A stretch of DNA of 64,000 nt, taken from positions 480,632 through 544,631 of the forward strand of contig CAZYLF010000001.1 of NCBI GenBank assembly GCA_964648765.1. The letters run 5' to 3'. Both the position numbers and the translations under genes were made by a program. Each line of letters begins with the position of its first letter. Position 1 is the stretch's first letter. This DNA is from an uncultured Candidatus Saccharibacteria bacterium. GTDB lineage: Bacteria; Patescibacteriota; Minisyncoccia; Phycocordibacterales; JACOZG01. Positions 1 through 9,354 of this stretch are shown piece by piece. The notes below the pieces were generated by a model. The model worked only from the letters and a program-made list of their open reading frames with translations, did no database searches and was not told where the DNA came from.

Positions 1-86
1 GTGCACAACGTGCATTATATTGATCGAGGTTATGAGAAACTTGAAGAACGCTTGAGACAGATTGGTTTAAATATTAAAAAAGAATA

Positions 87-1103
87 ATGTCATTTTTAGT
101 TAGCAAATTAGGAATTGATTTAGGTACGGCGAATACGCTGGTTTTTTTGCCGGGCAAAGGGATTGTGCTTAATGAACCATCGGTGGTGGCGATGTCTTTA
201 ACTACTAACCAAGTGGTGGCCGTGGGTTTGGAGGCCAAAGAAATGATCGGCAAAACTCCAGATAACATTGTGGCTTACAGGCCAATGAAGGACGGCGTGA
301 TCGCGGATTACAAAGTTACAGAAGCGATGCTCCGATATTATATCCGTAAGTCGATTGGTAAATGGAATATTTTAAAACCCGACGTGATGGTGAGTGTGCC
401 AGCCGGCGTGACCTCCACCGAGCGCCGGGCAGTAATTGAGGCAGCGGTGAAGGCAGGCGCGCGCAATGCTTATGTAGTGAAGGAGCCAATTTTGGCGGCT
501 ATTGGCGCGGGTATCCCAATTAATGAAGCTCGCGGACATATGGTGGTAGATATTGGTGGTGGCACCACGGACGTGGCGGTAATCTCGCTTGGCGGTATTG
601 TGGCTTCCACTTCGGTAAAGTATGCCGGTAATAAAATTGATCAAGCAATTGCCGATTATATTAAAAAAACTTTTAACCTCGCGATTGGCGATAAAACTGC
701 CGAAGAAGTAAAAATTAAAATCGGCTCGGCGGTGCCAGTGGAGGAAGAACTAACTTACACAATAAAAGGCAGAGATTATTTAACAGGTTTACCTCGACCA
801 GCTGAAATTAAAACAAATGAAATTTGCAAAGCTATTGATAATGAATTGAGAGAAATTATCAAGGCCATTAAAGTGGTGTTTCAAGATACGCCACCAGAAC
901 TTTCAGCAGATATTATTGACCACGGCATCACTATGACGGGCGGATCATCACTACTCCGCAATTTACCTGAACTCGTTTTCCGTCGCACGGGAGTGAAGGC
1001 GCAAGTGGCGGAGAACGCGCTTTATTGTGTGGCTACTGGCACAGGTGTGGCCTTGGAACACTTAGGAGTTTATAAAAAATCGATAATTAGTAAAAAATAC
1101 TAA
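87..1103 (+). CDS. mreB: Rod shape-determining actin-like protein MreB
   Basis: N-terminal GIDLGTANTLVF phosphate-1 motif; actin/HSP70 fold motifs DIGGGTTD, VKEP. Length 338 aa is typical. Confidence 0.9.
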   Translation: MSFLVSKLGIDLGTANTLVFLPGKGIVLNEPSVVAMSLTTNQVVAVGLEAKEMIGKTPDNIVAYRPMKDGVIADYKVTEAMLRYYIRKSIGKWNILKPDVMVSVPAGVTSTERRAVIEAAVKAGARNAYVVKEPILAAIGAGIPINEARGHMVVDIGGGTTDVAVISLGGIVASTSVKYAGNKIDQAIADYIKKTFNLAIGDKTAEEVKIKIGSAVPVEEELTYTIKGRDYLTGLPRPAEIKTNEICKAIDNELREIIKAIKVVFQDTPPELSADIIDHGITMTGGSSLLRNLPELVFRRTGVKAQVAENALYCVATGTGVALEHLGVYKKSIISKKY

Positions 1104-1105
1104 AA

Positions 1106-1711
1106 TTGGATTTATTTACTCATCACGCCTATTTGTGTGTAAGTGAACCAGTTTTTACTTTTGATCTTGGGCAGTTTACGGTTAGACGCTACGATTTACC
1201 GACGCTTAATATTGAAACTTCACGAGCGATAATTACTGAAGCAAGCTTCAGGCCGGAGGGAGATAAAATTGGGAAGATTTTTATAATTATTTTTGATAAA
1301 ACTACGCTGGAGGCAGGGGAGGCTTTGCTTAAAGTTTTAGAAGAACCACCAGCAGATACAAAAATTTTTATTGTTACGCAGGATCATTCATCACTGCCAC
1401 TTACCTTACTTTCGCGTTTAATGATTTGGGATACAGAGCCGGTGGCAAGTTCGGGGGATTTAAAAAGTAAAGTGAAGAAATTTGTGGAATCCAATCCTGA
1501 GGAAAGACTCACGCAAATCACAAACTTTTTTGACTGTGCTGAAGAGGCCATAAACGAGCTTGAGGTTTTAGTAAATAAAAAGTTTAAAGGTGAAGATCGC
1601 GCCCGCGCTCTAAGTCTCCTCATTGAATCCCGCACCTTCCGCCGCGAACCCTCAATGGTCCCCAAACTTTTATGGGAACACCTCGCCCTATCGCTACCGC
1701 TTGACAGGTAG
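1106..1711 (+). CDS. DNA polymerase III delta'-like clamp-loader subunit (HolB-like, degenerate P-loop, short)
   Basis: ALLKVLEEPPADTKIFIVTQDHSSLPLTLLSRL matches the LLKTLEEPP...SRC sensor-1 region of clamp-loader delta'/gamma subunits. No intact Walker A. Track start is TTG; true start uncertain. Confidence 0.45.
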   Translation: MDLFTHHAYLCVSEPVFTFDLGQFTVRRYDLPTLNIETSRAIITEASFRPEGDKIGKIFIIIFDKTTLEAGEALLKVLEEPPADTKIFIVTQDHSSLPLTLLSRLMIWDTEPVASSGDLKSKVKKFVESNPEERLTQITNFFDCAEEAINELEVLVNKKFKGEDRARALSLLIESRTFRREPSMVPKLLWEHLALSLPLDR

Positions 1712-1729
1712 ACTAAATGGGTGTATAAA
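1701..1729 (+). promoter_or_regulatory. Sigma70-like promoter (TTGACA-17nt-TATAAA) upstream of small ORF 1778..2041
   Basis: TTGACA at 1701-1706, 17-nt spacer, TATAAA at 1724-1729. Confidence 0.45.
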
Positions 1730-1777
1730 GTTATTTGGTTTGAGTAGAATTGTACTACTCTGAAGGAAATGGTTTGA

Positions 1778-2041
1778 ATGCAAAAGGAAAGGCAGAAAAT
1801 GAAAAATAGGAGGTATAAACCAGCTAACTTCGAATCTATCAGTGTGGCACTCAGGAACATGAAAACAATCGCCAAGAAGGAAGGTGGAAAAGTGGAGGTT
1901 ATCTTCAATTCCACCAAGATTACCGTTAGTGCCAATAGCAATTTGAAGTTCATCCAAAGGCAGTGGTTCAAAACACAATACCCCACCAGTTGGCGTGATT
2001 ACTATCCCGACGGCAAGAACTTTGGTCCCGTTTGGCACTAA
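1778..2041 (+). CDS. Hypothetical small basic protein
   Basis: 87-aa ORF bracketed by its own promoter and a strong rho-independent terminator. No recognisable domain. Confidence 0.4.
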   Translation: MQKERQKMKNRRYKPANFESISVALRNMKTIAKKEGGKVEVIFNSTKITVSANSNLKFIQRQWFKTQYPTSWRDYYPDGKNFGPVWH

Positions 2042-2078
2042 TCGTTTATTTGGAAGCCCATGAGTGTCGTTGTGATCC

Positions 2079-2109
2079 AGCCCGCGCGCAAAGTGTGCGG
2101 GCTTTTTTT
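2079..2109 (+). terminator. Rho-independent terminator
   Basis: AGCCCGC...GCGGGCT 7-bp stem followed by TTTTTTT. Confidence 0.7.
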
Positions 2110-2137
2110 ATTTGTTAAAAAAGGTTAGACTAGGATT

Positions 2138-2692
2138 ATGTCTAACTACAATTTTGCGCCGTTTAAGAGTAAGACCAGTGAGATGATCGAGTGGTTGTCT
2201 AAAGAACTCGCCACTATCCGCACTGGGCGGGCCACACCCATGATTTTAGAACAAGTCATGGTTAAGGCTTACGATAGCAAAGTGCCAATCAAGCAAATTG
2301 CCTCAATCTCTATTGAGGACGCCCGTAGCCTTAAGGTAACTCCATGGGACAAATCTCAAACTAAGGATATTGAATCAGCAATTAGCCAAGCTAATCTCGG
2401 TGTCTCCGTTTCTGGAGATTCAACCGGACTCCGTGTAATCTTCCCTAGCCTTACTGAGGAGGGGAGAAATAATTTGATGAAGTTAGTTAAAAATAAAGCG
2501 GAGGAGGCTAAAGTAACCTTGCGCGGTGAGCGAGAGAAAACTCAAAATGATATTCAAGCTAAAGAAAAGGATGGTGAGATGAGCGAGGATGAAAAATTTA
2601 GATACAAGAATGAATTACAAAAATTAGTGGAGGAGAAAACAGCTGAGATGGAAGCTTTAGTGGCCAAAAAGGAGAAGGAGATAATGAGTTAA
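2138..2692 (+). CDS. frr: Ribosome recycling factor
   Basis: 184 aa; LATIRTGRATPMILEQVMVKAYDSKVPIKQIASI is typical of RRF. Confidence 0.9.
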   Translation: MSNYNFAPFKSKTSEMIEWLSKELATIRTGRATPMILEQVMVKAYDSKVPIKQIASISIEDARSLKVTPWDKSQTKDIESAISQANLGVSVSGDSTGLRVIFPSLTEEGRNNLMKLVKNKAEEAKVTLRGEREKTQNDIQAKEKDGEMSEDEKFRYKNELQKLVEEKTAEMEALVAKKEKEIMS

Positions 2693-2694
2693 AT

Positions 2695-3780
2695 ATGACG
2701 ATCATTATTTTCATCGCGATTCTCGCTATTCTTATTATCTCGCATGAGCTTGGGCATTTTTTAATTGCTAAATGGTCTGGCTCAAGAGTGGATGAGTTTG
2801 GACTTGGTTTTCCTCCACGTATTTGGGGTATTAAAAAAGGCGAGACAATTTATTCGATAAACTGGATTCCGTTTGGGGGGTTTGTAAAAATTTTTGGTGA
2901 GGATCCCACTAAAGACGCGTCCACTGACGAGCGGAGTTTGGCTAATAAGCCTCGGCTTTGGCAGGCGGCAGTGCTCGTGGCTGGCGTAACGTTTAATATG
3001 ATTTTTGCCTGGCTTTTGTTTGCTATTGGTTTTGCCACAGTTGGTTTGCCAGTTTCAACTAGTGAATTACCTGCACATTATCAGGCCACAGATGTTTTAA
3101 CCACCGTAATTGCCGTTACTCCTGAGTCACCAGCCTTTGCTTCGGGGGTAAAACCAGGCGATAAAATTAAAGCGATTACTGTTGGCTCAAATCGGATTGT
3201 GACTCCAAAAGTGGAAGAGATTCAAGCCTTAATTAAAAATTCAAACAAAAAAGATGTGGTGCTAGAGTATGAGAGAAATCAAAAAAATGAGATCATCTCA
3301 ATTACTCCCAAAGAGCTTGCTACGGGTTTAGGTATAGGTGTGGCACTTGATGAGATTGGCAAACTTAAATTAAATGTCCCTCAAGCTTTAGTGGCGGGCT
3401 GGCAATCCACATGGACAGCCGCTGTTTTCACTGTTCAGAGTTTTGGTGATTTGTTTGCCAGTCTGGGTAAGGGCGATAGCGAAGTTTTAAAACAAGTGAG
3501 CGGCCCGGTAGGGATTGTGGGTTTGGTGGGCGAGGCCTCGAGTGCAGGTTGGGCTTCATTGATCCTTTTAACCTCGCTTATTTCAATCAACCTCGCAGTT
3601 CTAAATTTGATCCCATTCCCAGCACTTGATGGTGGGCGTTTGGCAATCTTATGTATTGAGGCGATCTCACGTCGAAAAATCAAAACCTCAATTGTAAATG
3701 GTATTAACCTCGTCGGCTTCTCTCTCCTTATCATCATGATGCTCGCTGTAACCTTCTCCGATATTGCCAAGCTTTTTTAG
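2695..3780 (+). CDS. rseP: RseP-like site-2 zinc metalloprotease (M50) with PDZ domain
   Basis: HELGHF HExxH motif in TM1, central PDZ-like segment, C-terminal LDGG motif. Confidence 0.85.
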   Translation: MTIIIFIAILAILIISHELGHFLIAKWSGSRVDEFGLGFPPRIWGIKKGETIYSINWIPFGGFVKIFGEDPTKDASTDERSLANKPRLWQAAVLVAGVTFNMIFAWLLFAIGFATVGLPVSTSELPAHYQATDVLTTVIAVTPESPAFASGVKPGDKIKAITVGSNRIVTPKVEEIQALIKNSNKKDVVLEYERNQKNEIISITPKELATGLGIGVALDEIGKLKLNVPQALVAGWQSTWTAAVFTVQSFGDLFASLGKGDSEVLKQVSGPVGIVGLVGEASSAGWASLILLTSLISINLAVLNLIPFPALDGGRLAILCIEAISRRKIKTSIVNGINLVGFSLLIIMMLAVTFSDIAKLF

Positions 3781-3812
3781 CGTTTTGACCTTGTTAAAAT
3801 ATTAGCGTAAGA

Positions 3813-5069
3813 TTGGGGCAAATGCGTCAAAGTACTTTACCCACCAAAACCCGCAAAGAAGCCCCAAATAATGAGGTGGCTAAAAATGCCAGTTTGTTGA
3901 TCCGAGCGGGATTTATCGCTAAGGAGCTATCCGGAGTCTACTCATATTTACCTTTAGGTCTTAAAGTTTTAAATAAAATAAATAATCTCATCCGTAAAGA
4001 GATGGAGGGTTTGGGCGCCACTGAAGTCCAGATGTCATCCCTTCAAAACATGGACACTTGGCGGCTGAGCGACCGTCACGAGCTTGATGTGTGGTTTAAA
4101 ACTAAACTTCGCGAGGGTGGTGAACTTGGTTTGGGTTGGACTCATGAGGAAGCGGTGACAACGATGATGAAGGATCACATTGGATCATATCGTGATTTAC
4201 CTCGGGCGATTTATCAAATTCAAACCAAGTTTAGGAATGAGGAACGCGCCAAGAGTGGACTCTTGCGTGGTCGAGAATTTTTAATGAAAGATATGTATTC
4301 ATTCCACGTAGATGAAAAAAGTTTGGATGAATTTTATGACAAAGTTAAAAGTTCATATTTAAAAATTTTTAAGGAGGTTGGTTTGGGTAAATCTACTTAC
4401 CTCACCGTGGCTTCAGGTGGCGCATTCTCTGAGTGGAGTCATGAGTTCCAAACTGTTTCTGAAACAGGTGAAGATACGGTTTATATCCAAGACGGGAGCG
4501 ACGTGGCGATTAATGATGAAGTTTATAGTGAGGAGGTGGCACAAAAGTTTGGTCTGGATCCAAAACGTTTAACCACTAAAAAAGCGATTGAAGTTGGTAA
4601 TATTTTTAAATTAGGCACACGTTTTAGCGAGCCAATTGGTTTGAAGTATGTAGATGAAAAATCAGAATCAAAACCAGTAATTATGGGTAGTTATGGTCTT
4701 GGGCCTTCGCGATTGATGGGAGTGATTGCTGAAACGCTGTCGGATGATAAGGGTTTGGTGTGGCCCAAGAGCGTGGCGCCATTTAAAGTTCAATTAATTT
4801 TGATAACCAAAAATAAAGACAGTGAGACTGTAAAAAAAGCGAACGAATTTTACGATAATTTGATAAAAAGAAATGTGGAAGTGCTATACGACGACCGTGA
4901 GGCCACCGCTGGCGAGAAGTTAGCCGATGCGGATTTATTTGGTATTCCGCATCGTTTGGTAATTAGCGATAGGAGTTTGGAGGCCGGCGGAGCAGAGTGG
5001 AAGGAGCGCACAGGGAGTGAGGCAAAGGTAATAAGTTTTGCGGAAGCGCTTAAAAAAATTAATGAATAA
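3813..5069 (+). CDS. proS: Prolyl-tRNA synthetase (short form, no editing insertion)
   Basis: N-terminal LLIRAGFI(A)KELSGVYSYLPLG resembles bacterial ProRS; class II motifs; 418 aa. Confidence 0.8.
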   Translation: MGQMRQSTLPTKTRKEAPNNEVAKNASLLIRAGFIAKELSGVYSYLPLGLKVLNKINNLIRKEMEGLGATEVQMSSLQNMDTWRLSDRHELDVWFKTKLREGGELGLGWTHEEAVTTMMKDHIGSYRDLPRAIYQIQTKFRNEERAKSGLLRGREFLMKDMYSFHVDEKSLDEFYDKVKSSYLKIFKEVGLGKSTYLTVASGGAFSEWSHEFQTVSETGEDTVYIQDGSDVAINDEVYSEEVAQKFGLDPKRLTTKKAIEVGNIFKLGTRFSEPIGLKYVDEKSESKPVIMGSYGLGPSRLMGVIAETLSDDKGLVWPKSVAPFKVQLILITKNKDSETVKKANEFYDNLIKRNVEVLYDDREATAGEKLADADLFGIPHRLVISDRSLEAGGAEWKERTGSEAKVISFAEALKKINE

Positions 5070-6126
5070 ATGGTTACAAAAAATTTATCGGGCGTTTTCG
5101 CCTGATATTGGTGTTGATTTAGGCACCGCCAACACGCTGGTGTATTTGGCAGGTCATGGGGTAGTAATTAATGAGCCAACCATTGTGGCGCTTAATGAAA
5201 AGACCGGCCGCCTGGTGGCGATCGGTAATGATGCCAAGCAAATGATCGGCCGCACGCCTGCGCACATTTCAGTGATACGCCCTTTGGTAGACGGCGTAAT
5301 TTCTAACTTTGAGATTACTGAAGAAATGCTTGCATATTTTATTCGTCGAGCGCGTAAAATGGATTCTAAAAAGTTTTTACGACCGAGAGTTTTGGTGGGC
5401 GTGCCATCGGGTATTACTAACGTGGAGATCCGGGCGGTGCGTGACGCGGTAAAAAACGCTGGCGCGAGAGAGGTGCACATTGTGGAGGAGCCAATGGCCG
5501 CAGCAATTGGAATTAAGATGCCGATCCATGATCCCGTGGGTAGTTTTATTGTGGACGTGGGTGGTGGCACTTCAGATATTGCCGTGATCTCTCTTGGCGG
5601 AATTGTGAAGTCAAAAAATTTACGAGTGGCCGGTGATCATTTAAATCGTGACATTATCGCTTATGTGCGAGATGAATTTAAAATTTTGTTAGGAGAGAAA
5701 ACGGCTGAGGAGGTGAAGCTTGCGATTGGCTCAATTTGGAATGAGGGTGAAGCGCTGGAGGCAATTGTGCGCGGTAGAGATTTGGTAACTGGTTTACCAA
5801 AAGAGGTGGTGCTCACCGATGCTGATATTAAAGAAGCAATTGCCAAATCAATCGTTCTCTTAATTGAGGGGGTTAAGGAGGTTTTGGAGGCTACCCCGCC
5901 AGAAGTAATTTCTGATGTGATGCATAAAGGTATTGTGCTAGTGGGTGGCGGTTCGTTGGTACGCGGACTTAGAGAAGTGCTTGAAAAGGAGTTAAAAATC
6001 CCTGTTCATATGTCTGATGACCCGCTTACCGCTGTTGTGCGAGGCACAGGTGTTGTGCTTGAGAGATTTGATAATTATGCAGAAATTTTAATTGAAGACG
6101 ATGACATTAGACAACAAGACGTTTAA
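5062..6126 (+). CDS. mreB: MreB paralog (actin-like, in mreBCD-mrdA operon)
   Basis: IGVDLGTANTLVY and DVGGGTSD motifs. ATG at 5062 overlaps the proS stop; the track ORF starts at an upstream TTG at 5038. Confidence 0.85.
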   Translation: MNKWLQKIYRAFSPDIGVDLGTANTLVYLAGHGVVINEPTIVALNEKTGRLVAIGNDAKQMIGRTPAHISVIRPLVDGVISNFEITEEMLAYFIRRARKMDSKKFLRPRVLVGVPSGITNVEIRAVRDAVKNAGAREVHIVEEPMAAAIGIKMPIHDPVGSFIVDVGGGTSDIAVISLGGIVKSKNLRVAGDHLNRDIIAYVRDEFKILLGEKTAEEVKLAIGSIWNEGEALEAIVRGRDLVTGLPKEVVLTDADIKEAIAKSIVLLIEGVKEVLEATPPEVISDVMHKGIVLVGGGSLVRGLREVLEKELKIPVHMSDDPLTAVVRGTGVVLERFDNYAEILIEDDDIRQQDV

Positions 6127-6931
6127 GGATTCGTATACTTTTCGCCGTAAATCAAATTATGGCTGGCAAAAAGTTATTTGGTTAGTTGCAAGTTTAATTT
6201 TTGTGTATTTTGGTGGGCGCTATTTTTTTAATTTACTCCGACCAACAGCGGTAGATATTTCTCGCCCAATTTTAAAAGCTGAAAATGGTGCATATGAGAC
6301 GGCCGACACTTGGCAGGGTTTATTTAAATCAAAAGTAAGTCTTGAGGCAGAAAACGATCGTCTGAAAACAGAACTCGAGATTCTTCAATTACAAAGTCTT
6401 GGTTATGGAATTTTAATTGAGGAGAATAATCGTCTAAGAGAAATATTGGGACGTAGGAGTGGACAAGATACACCCATAATTGCTTCGATTTTAGCTACAC
6501 CTGATGATTTTCCTTACGGTTTAATTTTGATTGATGTTGGAAGAAGTAATAGTACTCGTTTAATAAAAGTTGGTGATGATGTAAGGGTGGGGAGTAATGT
6601 GATATTAGCGCGAATTGTGGAAGTGAGCGACACATACTCTAAGGCGAGATTGCTCTCGGCCAGTGGTGAGACCACGCCGGTTATAATTGGCGGTGACAAT
6701 CTGGCCGCGGAAGCCAAAGGTTTAGGTGGGGGTAACTTTTCTGTATCGCTTCCTCGTGGTGTGAACGTGGAAATCGGAGATCAAATTAAATTACCGAGTG
6801 AGAAAGTGGAATTAGTGCTTGGTGTAGTGGCTGAGATTAAAGGCGAACCAAGTGACCCATTTCAGGAAGTATTTTTCAAAAGTCCAATTAATGCAAATGA
6901 GGTAAGAAATGTTGAAATTTATGTTAATTAG
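6092..6931 (+). CDS. mreC: Rod shape-determining protein MreC
   Basis: Position after mreB; N-terminal TM plus coiled-coil (ENDRLKTELEILQ...ENNRLREILG) and a beta-rich C-terminus. Confidence 0.7.
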   Translation: MKTMTLDNKTFKDSYTFRRKSNYGWQKVIWLVASLIFVYFGGRYFFNLLRPTAVDISRPILKAENGAYETADTWQGLFKSKVSLEAENDRLKTELEILQLQSLGYGILIEENNRLREILGRRSGQDTPIIASILATPDDFPYGLILIDVGRSNSTRLIKVGDDVRVGSNVILARIVEVSDTYSKARLLSASGETTPVIIGGDNLAAEAKGLGGGNFSVSLPRGVNVEIGDQIKLPSEKVELVLGVVAEIKGEPSDPFQEVFFKSPINANEVRNVEIYVN

Positions 6932-7187
6932 ATTATTTTCATTTCTGACTATGTTTTTTGTGGCAATCCTATTACCGGCTTGGGGTGTACTCACAGTGTC
7001 ATTAATTGGTCTTGTCTTGTTTGATAAATTTTACGAAGCAATTTTTGCTGGGTTTTGGTTTGATCTACTGTATGGTTCAAGTGCGCTTTCAGTTACCACA
7101 ACATTTTATTTAACACTTATTTCCATTTTGATGTTCTTTTTAGTAATTTTTTTGAAACGAATTGTTTACACTCATGCTCAAATCTAA
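6909..7187 (+). CDS. mreD: Rod shape-determining protein MreD (small polytopic membrane protein)
   Basis: 92-aa hydrophobic ORF between mreC and the PBP2 gene. Confidence 0.5.
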   Translation: MLKFMLIRLFSFLTMFFVAILLPAWGVLTVSLIGLVLFDKFYEAIFAGFWFDLLYGSSALSVTTTFYLTLISILMFFLVIFLKRIVYTHAQI

Positions 7188-8868
7188 AAAGAATTACTCA
7201 ATTGATCCTGATGAAATTTTCCTCGACTCCACTAATTTACCATCTCTTGATGATCAACAATTTGAAGGGAGATTGGAAAAGCCAATTGCTCGGTCAAGTT
7301 TTTATCTTTTAGGTTCGATTTTCATACTAATTTCACTTGGATTTACAATTAAAGCAGCAAATCTACAATTAATTAAAGGCGACGAATTTGCCACTCGAAG
7401 CCAAAATAATACCTTACGCCACATTCCACTTTTTGCAGAGCGCGGGGTAATTTATGACCGTAATAAAGTTGAGCTTGCTAGAAATAATCCATCCCGAGAA
7501 TATTCTACAACTACTGGACTATCTAATCTCTTGGGTTACATCAGTTATCCATCTGAAGATGATTTAAAACAGACAAATTTCAATCACAAGGAGTTAATTG
7601 GTAAGGATGGAGCCGAAAAGCTTTTCGATACAGAGCTTAAGGGTGTTGTCGGTACCAAAATTGAGGAAGTAGATGTGCAGGGTGAAGTTCGTACAGATTA
7701 TATTCTTGTTGAGCCCAAAGATGGCCAAGAGGTCATCCTCTCGATAGATTCACGAGTACAAGGTGAATTGGCAAGGCTAATTGAGAATTTGGCCCAAGAT
7801 AAAGGCTTCGGTGGTGGGGCTGGAGTAGTTTTAGATATTAAAAGCGGGGAAATATTGTCCATTGTGACTTATCCCGAGTATGATTCTCAAATCTTGGCCG
7901 ATGGTAAGGATGTAAAAAAAATTCAAGACTTTTTGACTAACCCAAGTAATCCATTTCTTAATCGAGCGTTATTTGGTCTCTATACCCCCGGTTCAATTTT
8001 TAAACCAATTGTAGCTGTAGGTGCTTTAAGCGAGGGGATCATCGATCCAGAAAAAAAGATTTTGAGCACGGGCCAACTTGAATTACCAAATCCATATTTC
8101 CCCGATAAGCCATCAATTTTTAAAGACTGGAAAGCGCACGGTTATGTAAATATGCGAGATGCAATTGCGGTGTCCTCAAACGTTTATTTTTATAACATTG
8201 GTGGCGGATTTGAAAACCAAAAGGGTTTAGGAATTAAACAAATTGAGCACTACGCTAGGCTATTTGGTTTGGGGGAGTCCATGAATGTGGATGGAATTGA
8301 AACAGCAAAAGGTGTTGTAGCCAACCCCATCTGGAAGGCTGAAAATTTTGAAGATAAAGATTGGCGTGTGGGTGACACTTATCATACCTCAATTGGTCAG
8401 TACGGCATGCAGGTTACGCCACTCCAAATGGCGCGAGCGATTGGCGCAATTGCTAATGGCGGCGTGCTGGTGACTCCTACTTTTTTAAAAACCGAAAGGT
8501 TAAATGTTTCTGGCGCAGGGGGTATTAAGCTCCCGCTAAAAGATGAAAATTTAAAAATTGTGCGGGAGGGGATGCGACAAGGTGTGGAGAAAGGCACCGC
8601 CACCAGCCTTTCAGTACCGTTTGTAAAAGTGGCCGCCAAAACTGGGACGGCGGAAATTGGTTTGGTGAAAGCTGATGTGAACTCTTGGGTAGCGGGCTTC
8701 TTCCCATATGATGATCCGCAGTTTGCTTTTGCTGTGGTAATGGAAAAAGGTAGGAGAGAAAATTTAATTGGTAGCCCATCTATAATGCGAGCACTTTTAG
8801 ACTGGATGAATCACAACACTCCTGAGTACTTTAATAAAGAGATTGACCCGAGCCTCGATCCGAGGTAA
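7162..8868 (+). CDS. mrdA: Penicillin-binding protein 2 (elongasome transpeptidase)
   Basis: SxxK (SIFK), SxN and KTGTAE motifs; N-terminal TM; operon context mreBCD. Confidence 0.85.
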   Translation: MFTLMLKSKKNYSIDPDEIFLDSTNLPSLDDQQFEGRLEKPIARSSFYLLGSIFILISLGFTIKAANLQLIKGDEFATRSQNNTLRHIPLFAERGVIYDRNKVELARNNPSREYSTTTGLSNLLGYISYPSEDDLKQTNFNHKELIGKDGAEKLFDTELKGVVGTKIEEVDVQGEVRTDYILVEPKDGQEVILSIDSRVQGELARLIENLAQDKGFGGGAGVVLDIKSGEILSIVTYPEYDSQILADGKDVKKIQDFLTNPSNPFLNRALFGLYTPGSIFKPIVAVGALSEGIIDPEKKILSTGQLELPNPYFPDKPSIFKDWKAHGYVNMRDAIAVSSNVYFYNIGGGFENQKGLGIKQIEHYARLFGLGESMNVDGIETAKGVVANPIWKAENFEDKDWRVGDTYHTSIGQYGMQVTPLQMARAIGAIANGGVLVTPTFLKTERLNVSGAGGIKLPLKDENLKIVREGMRQGVEKGTATSLSVPFVKVAAKTGTAEIGLVKADVNSWVAGFFPYDDPQFAFAVVMEKGRRENLIGSPSIMRALLDWMNHNTPEYFNKEIDPSLDPR

Positions 8869-8878
8869 TATTACGCGG

Positions 8879-9343
8879 ATGCAAAAAGATAAAAATTACT
8901 TTAGCCCCGAGAAGTATGAGGAGCTAAAAGAGGAGTTAGTGGAATTATCAACCATTAAGCGTCGAGAGGTAGCTGAGCGTTTAGACTACGCTAAGTCACT
9001 TGGAGATCTATCAGAAAATGCTGAGTATCATGCGGCTCGTGAGGATCAGTCAGAACTTGAAAGTCGCATTGCGGCGCTAGAGGTAATGCTTAAGGACTCT
9101 GAAATTATTAAAGATAAACATGGCAGCACAGTGGAGGTAGGCACAACACTTACGGTACGAAAAAAAGATGGCAAGGAAGAGAAGTATACGATTGTGGGTG
9201 CTGAGGAAGTAGACATGGCCAATCACCGAATCTCGTTTCAGTCTCCTTTAGGTTCTAGTTTGCTTGGTAAAAAAGGTGGCAGCACTGTGGCCGTAGACAC
9301 TCCTCGTGGTAAAACAGAGTACACAATCGTCTCAATAAATTAA
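8879..9343 (+). CDS. greA: Transcription elongation factor GreA
   Basis: LGDLSENAEYHAAREDQ coiled-coil tip with acidic residues; FKBP-like C-terminal domain. Confidence 0.9.
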   Translation: MQKDKNYFSPEKYEELKEELVELSTIKRREVAERLDYAKSLGDLSENAEYHAAREDQSELESRIAALEVMLKDSEIIKDKHGSTVEVGTTLTVRKKDGKEEKYTIVGAEEVDMANHRISFQSPLGSSLLGKKGGSTVAVDTPRGKTEYTIVSIN

Positions 9344-9354
9344 CATAAAGCCAA

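Noticed and set aside
1384-1986. 200-aa minus-strand ORF overlapping the holB-like gene and the small + gene
   Set aside because: Fully antisense to better-supported + strand genes. It has low-complexity Leu/Ser-rich composition typical of shadow ORFs, with no RBS or terminator.
5154-5570. 138-aa minus-strand ORF inside mreB paralog
   Set aside because: Antisense overlap with a high-confidence MreB gene; shadow ORF.
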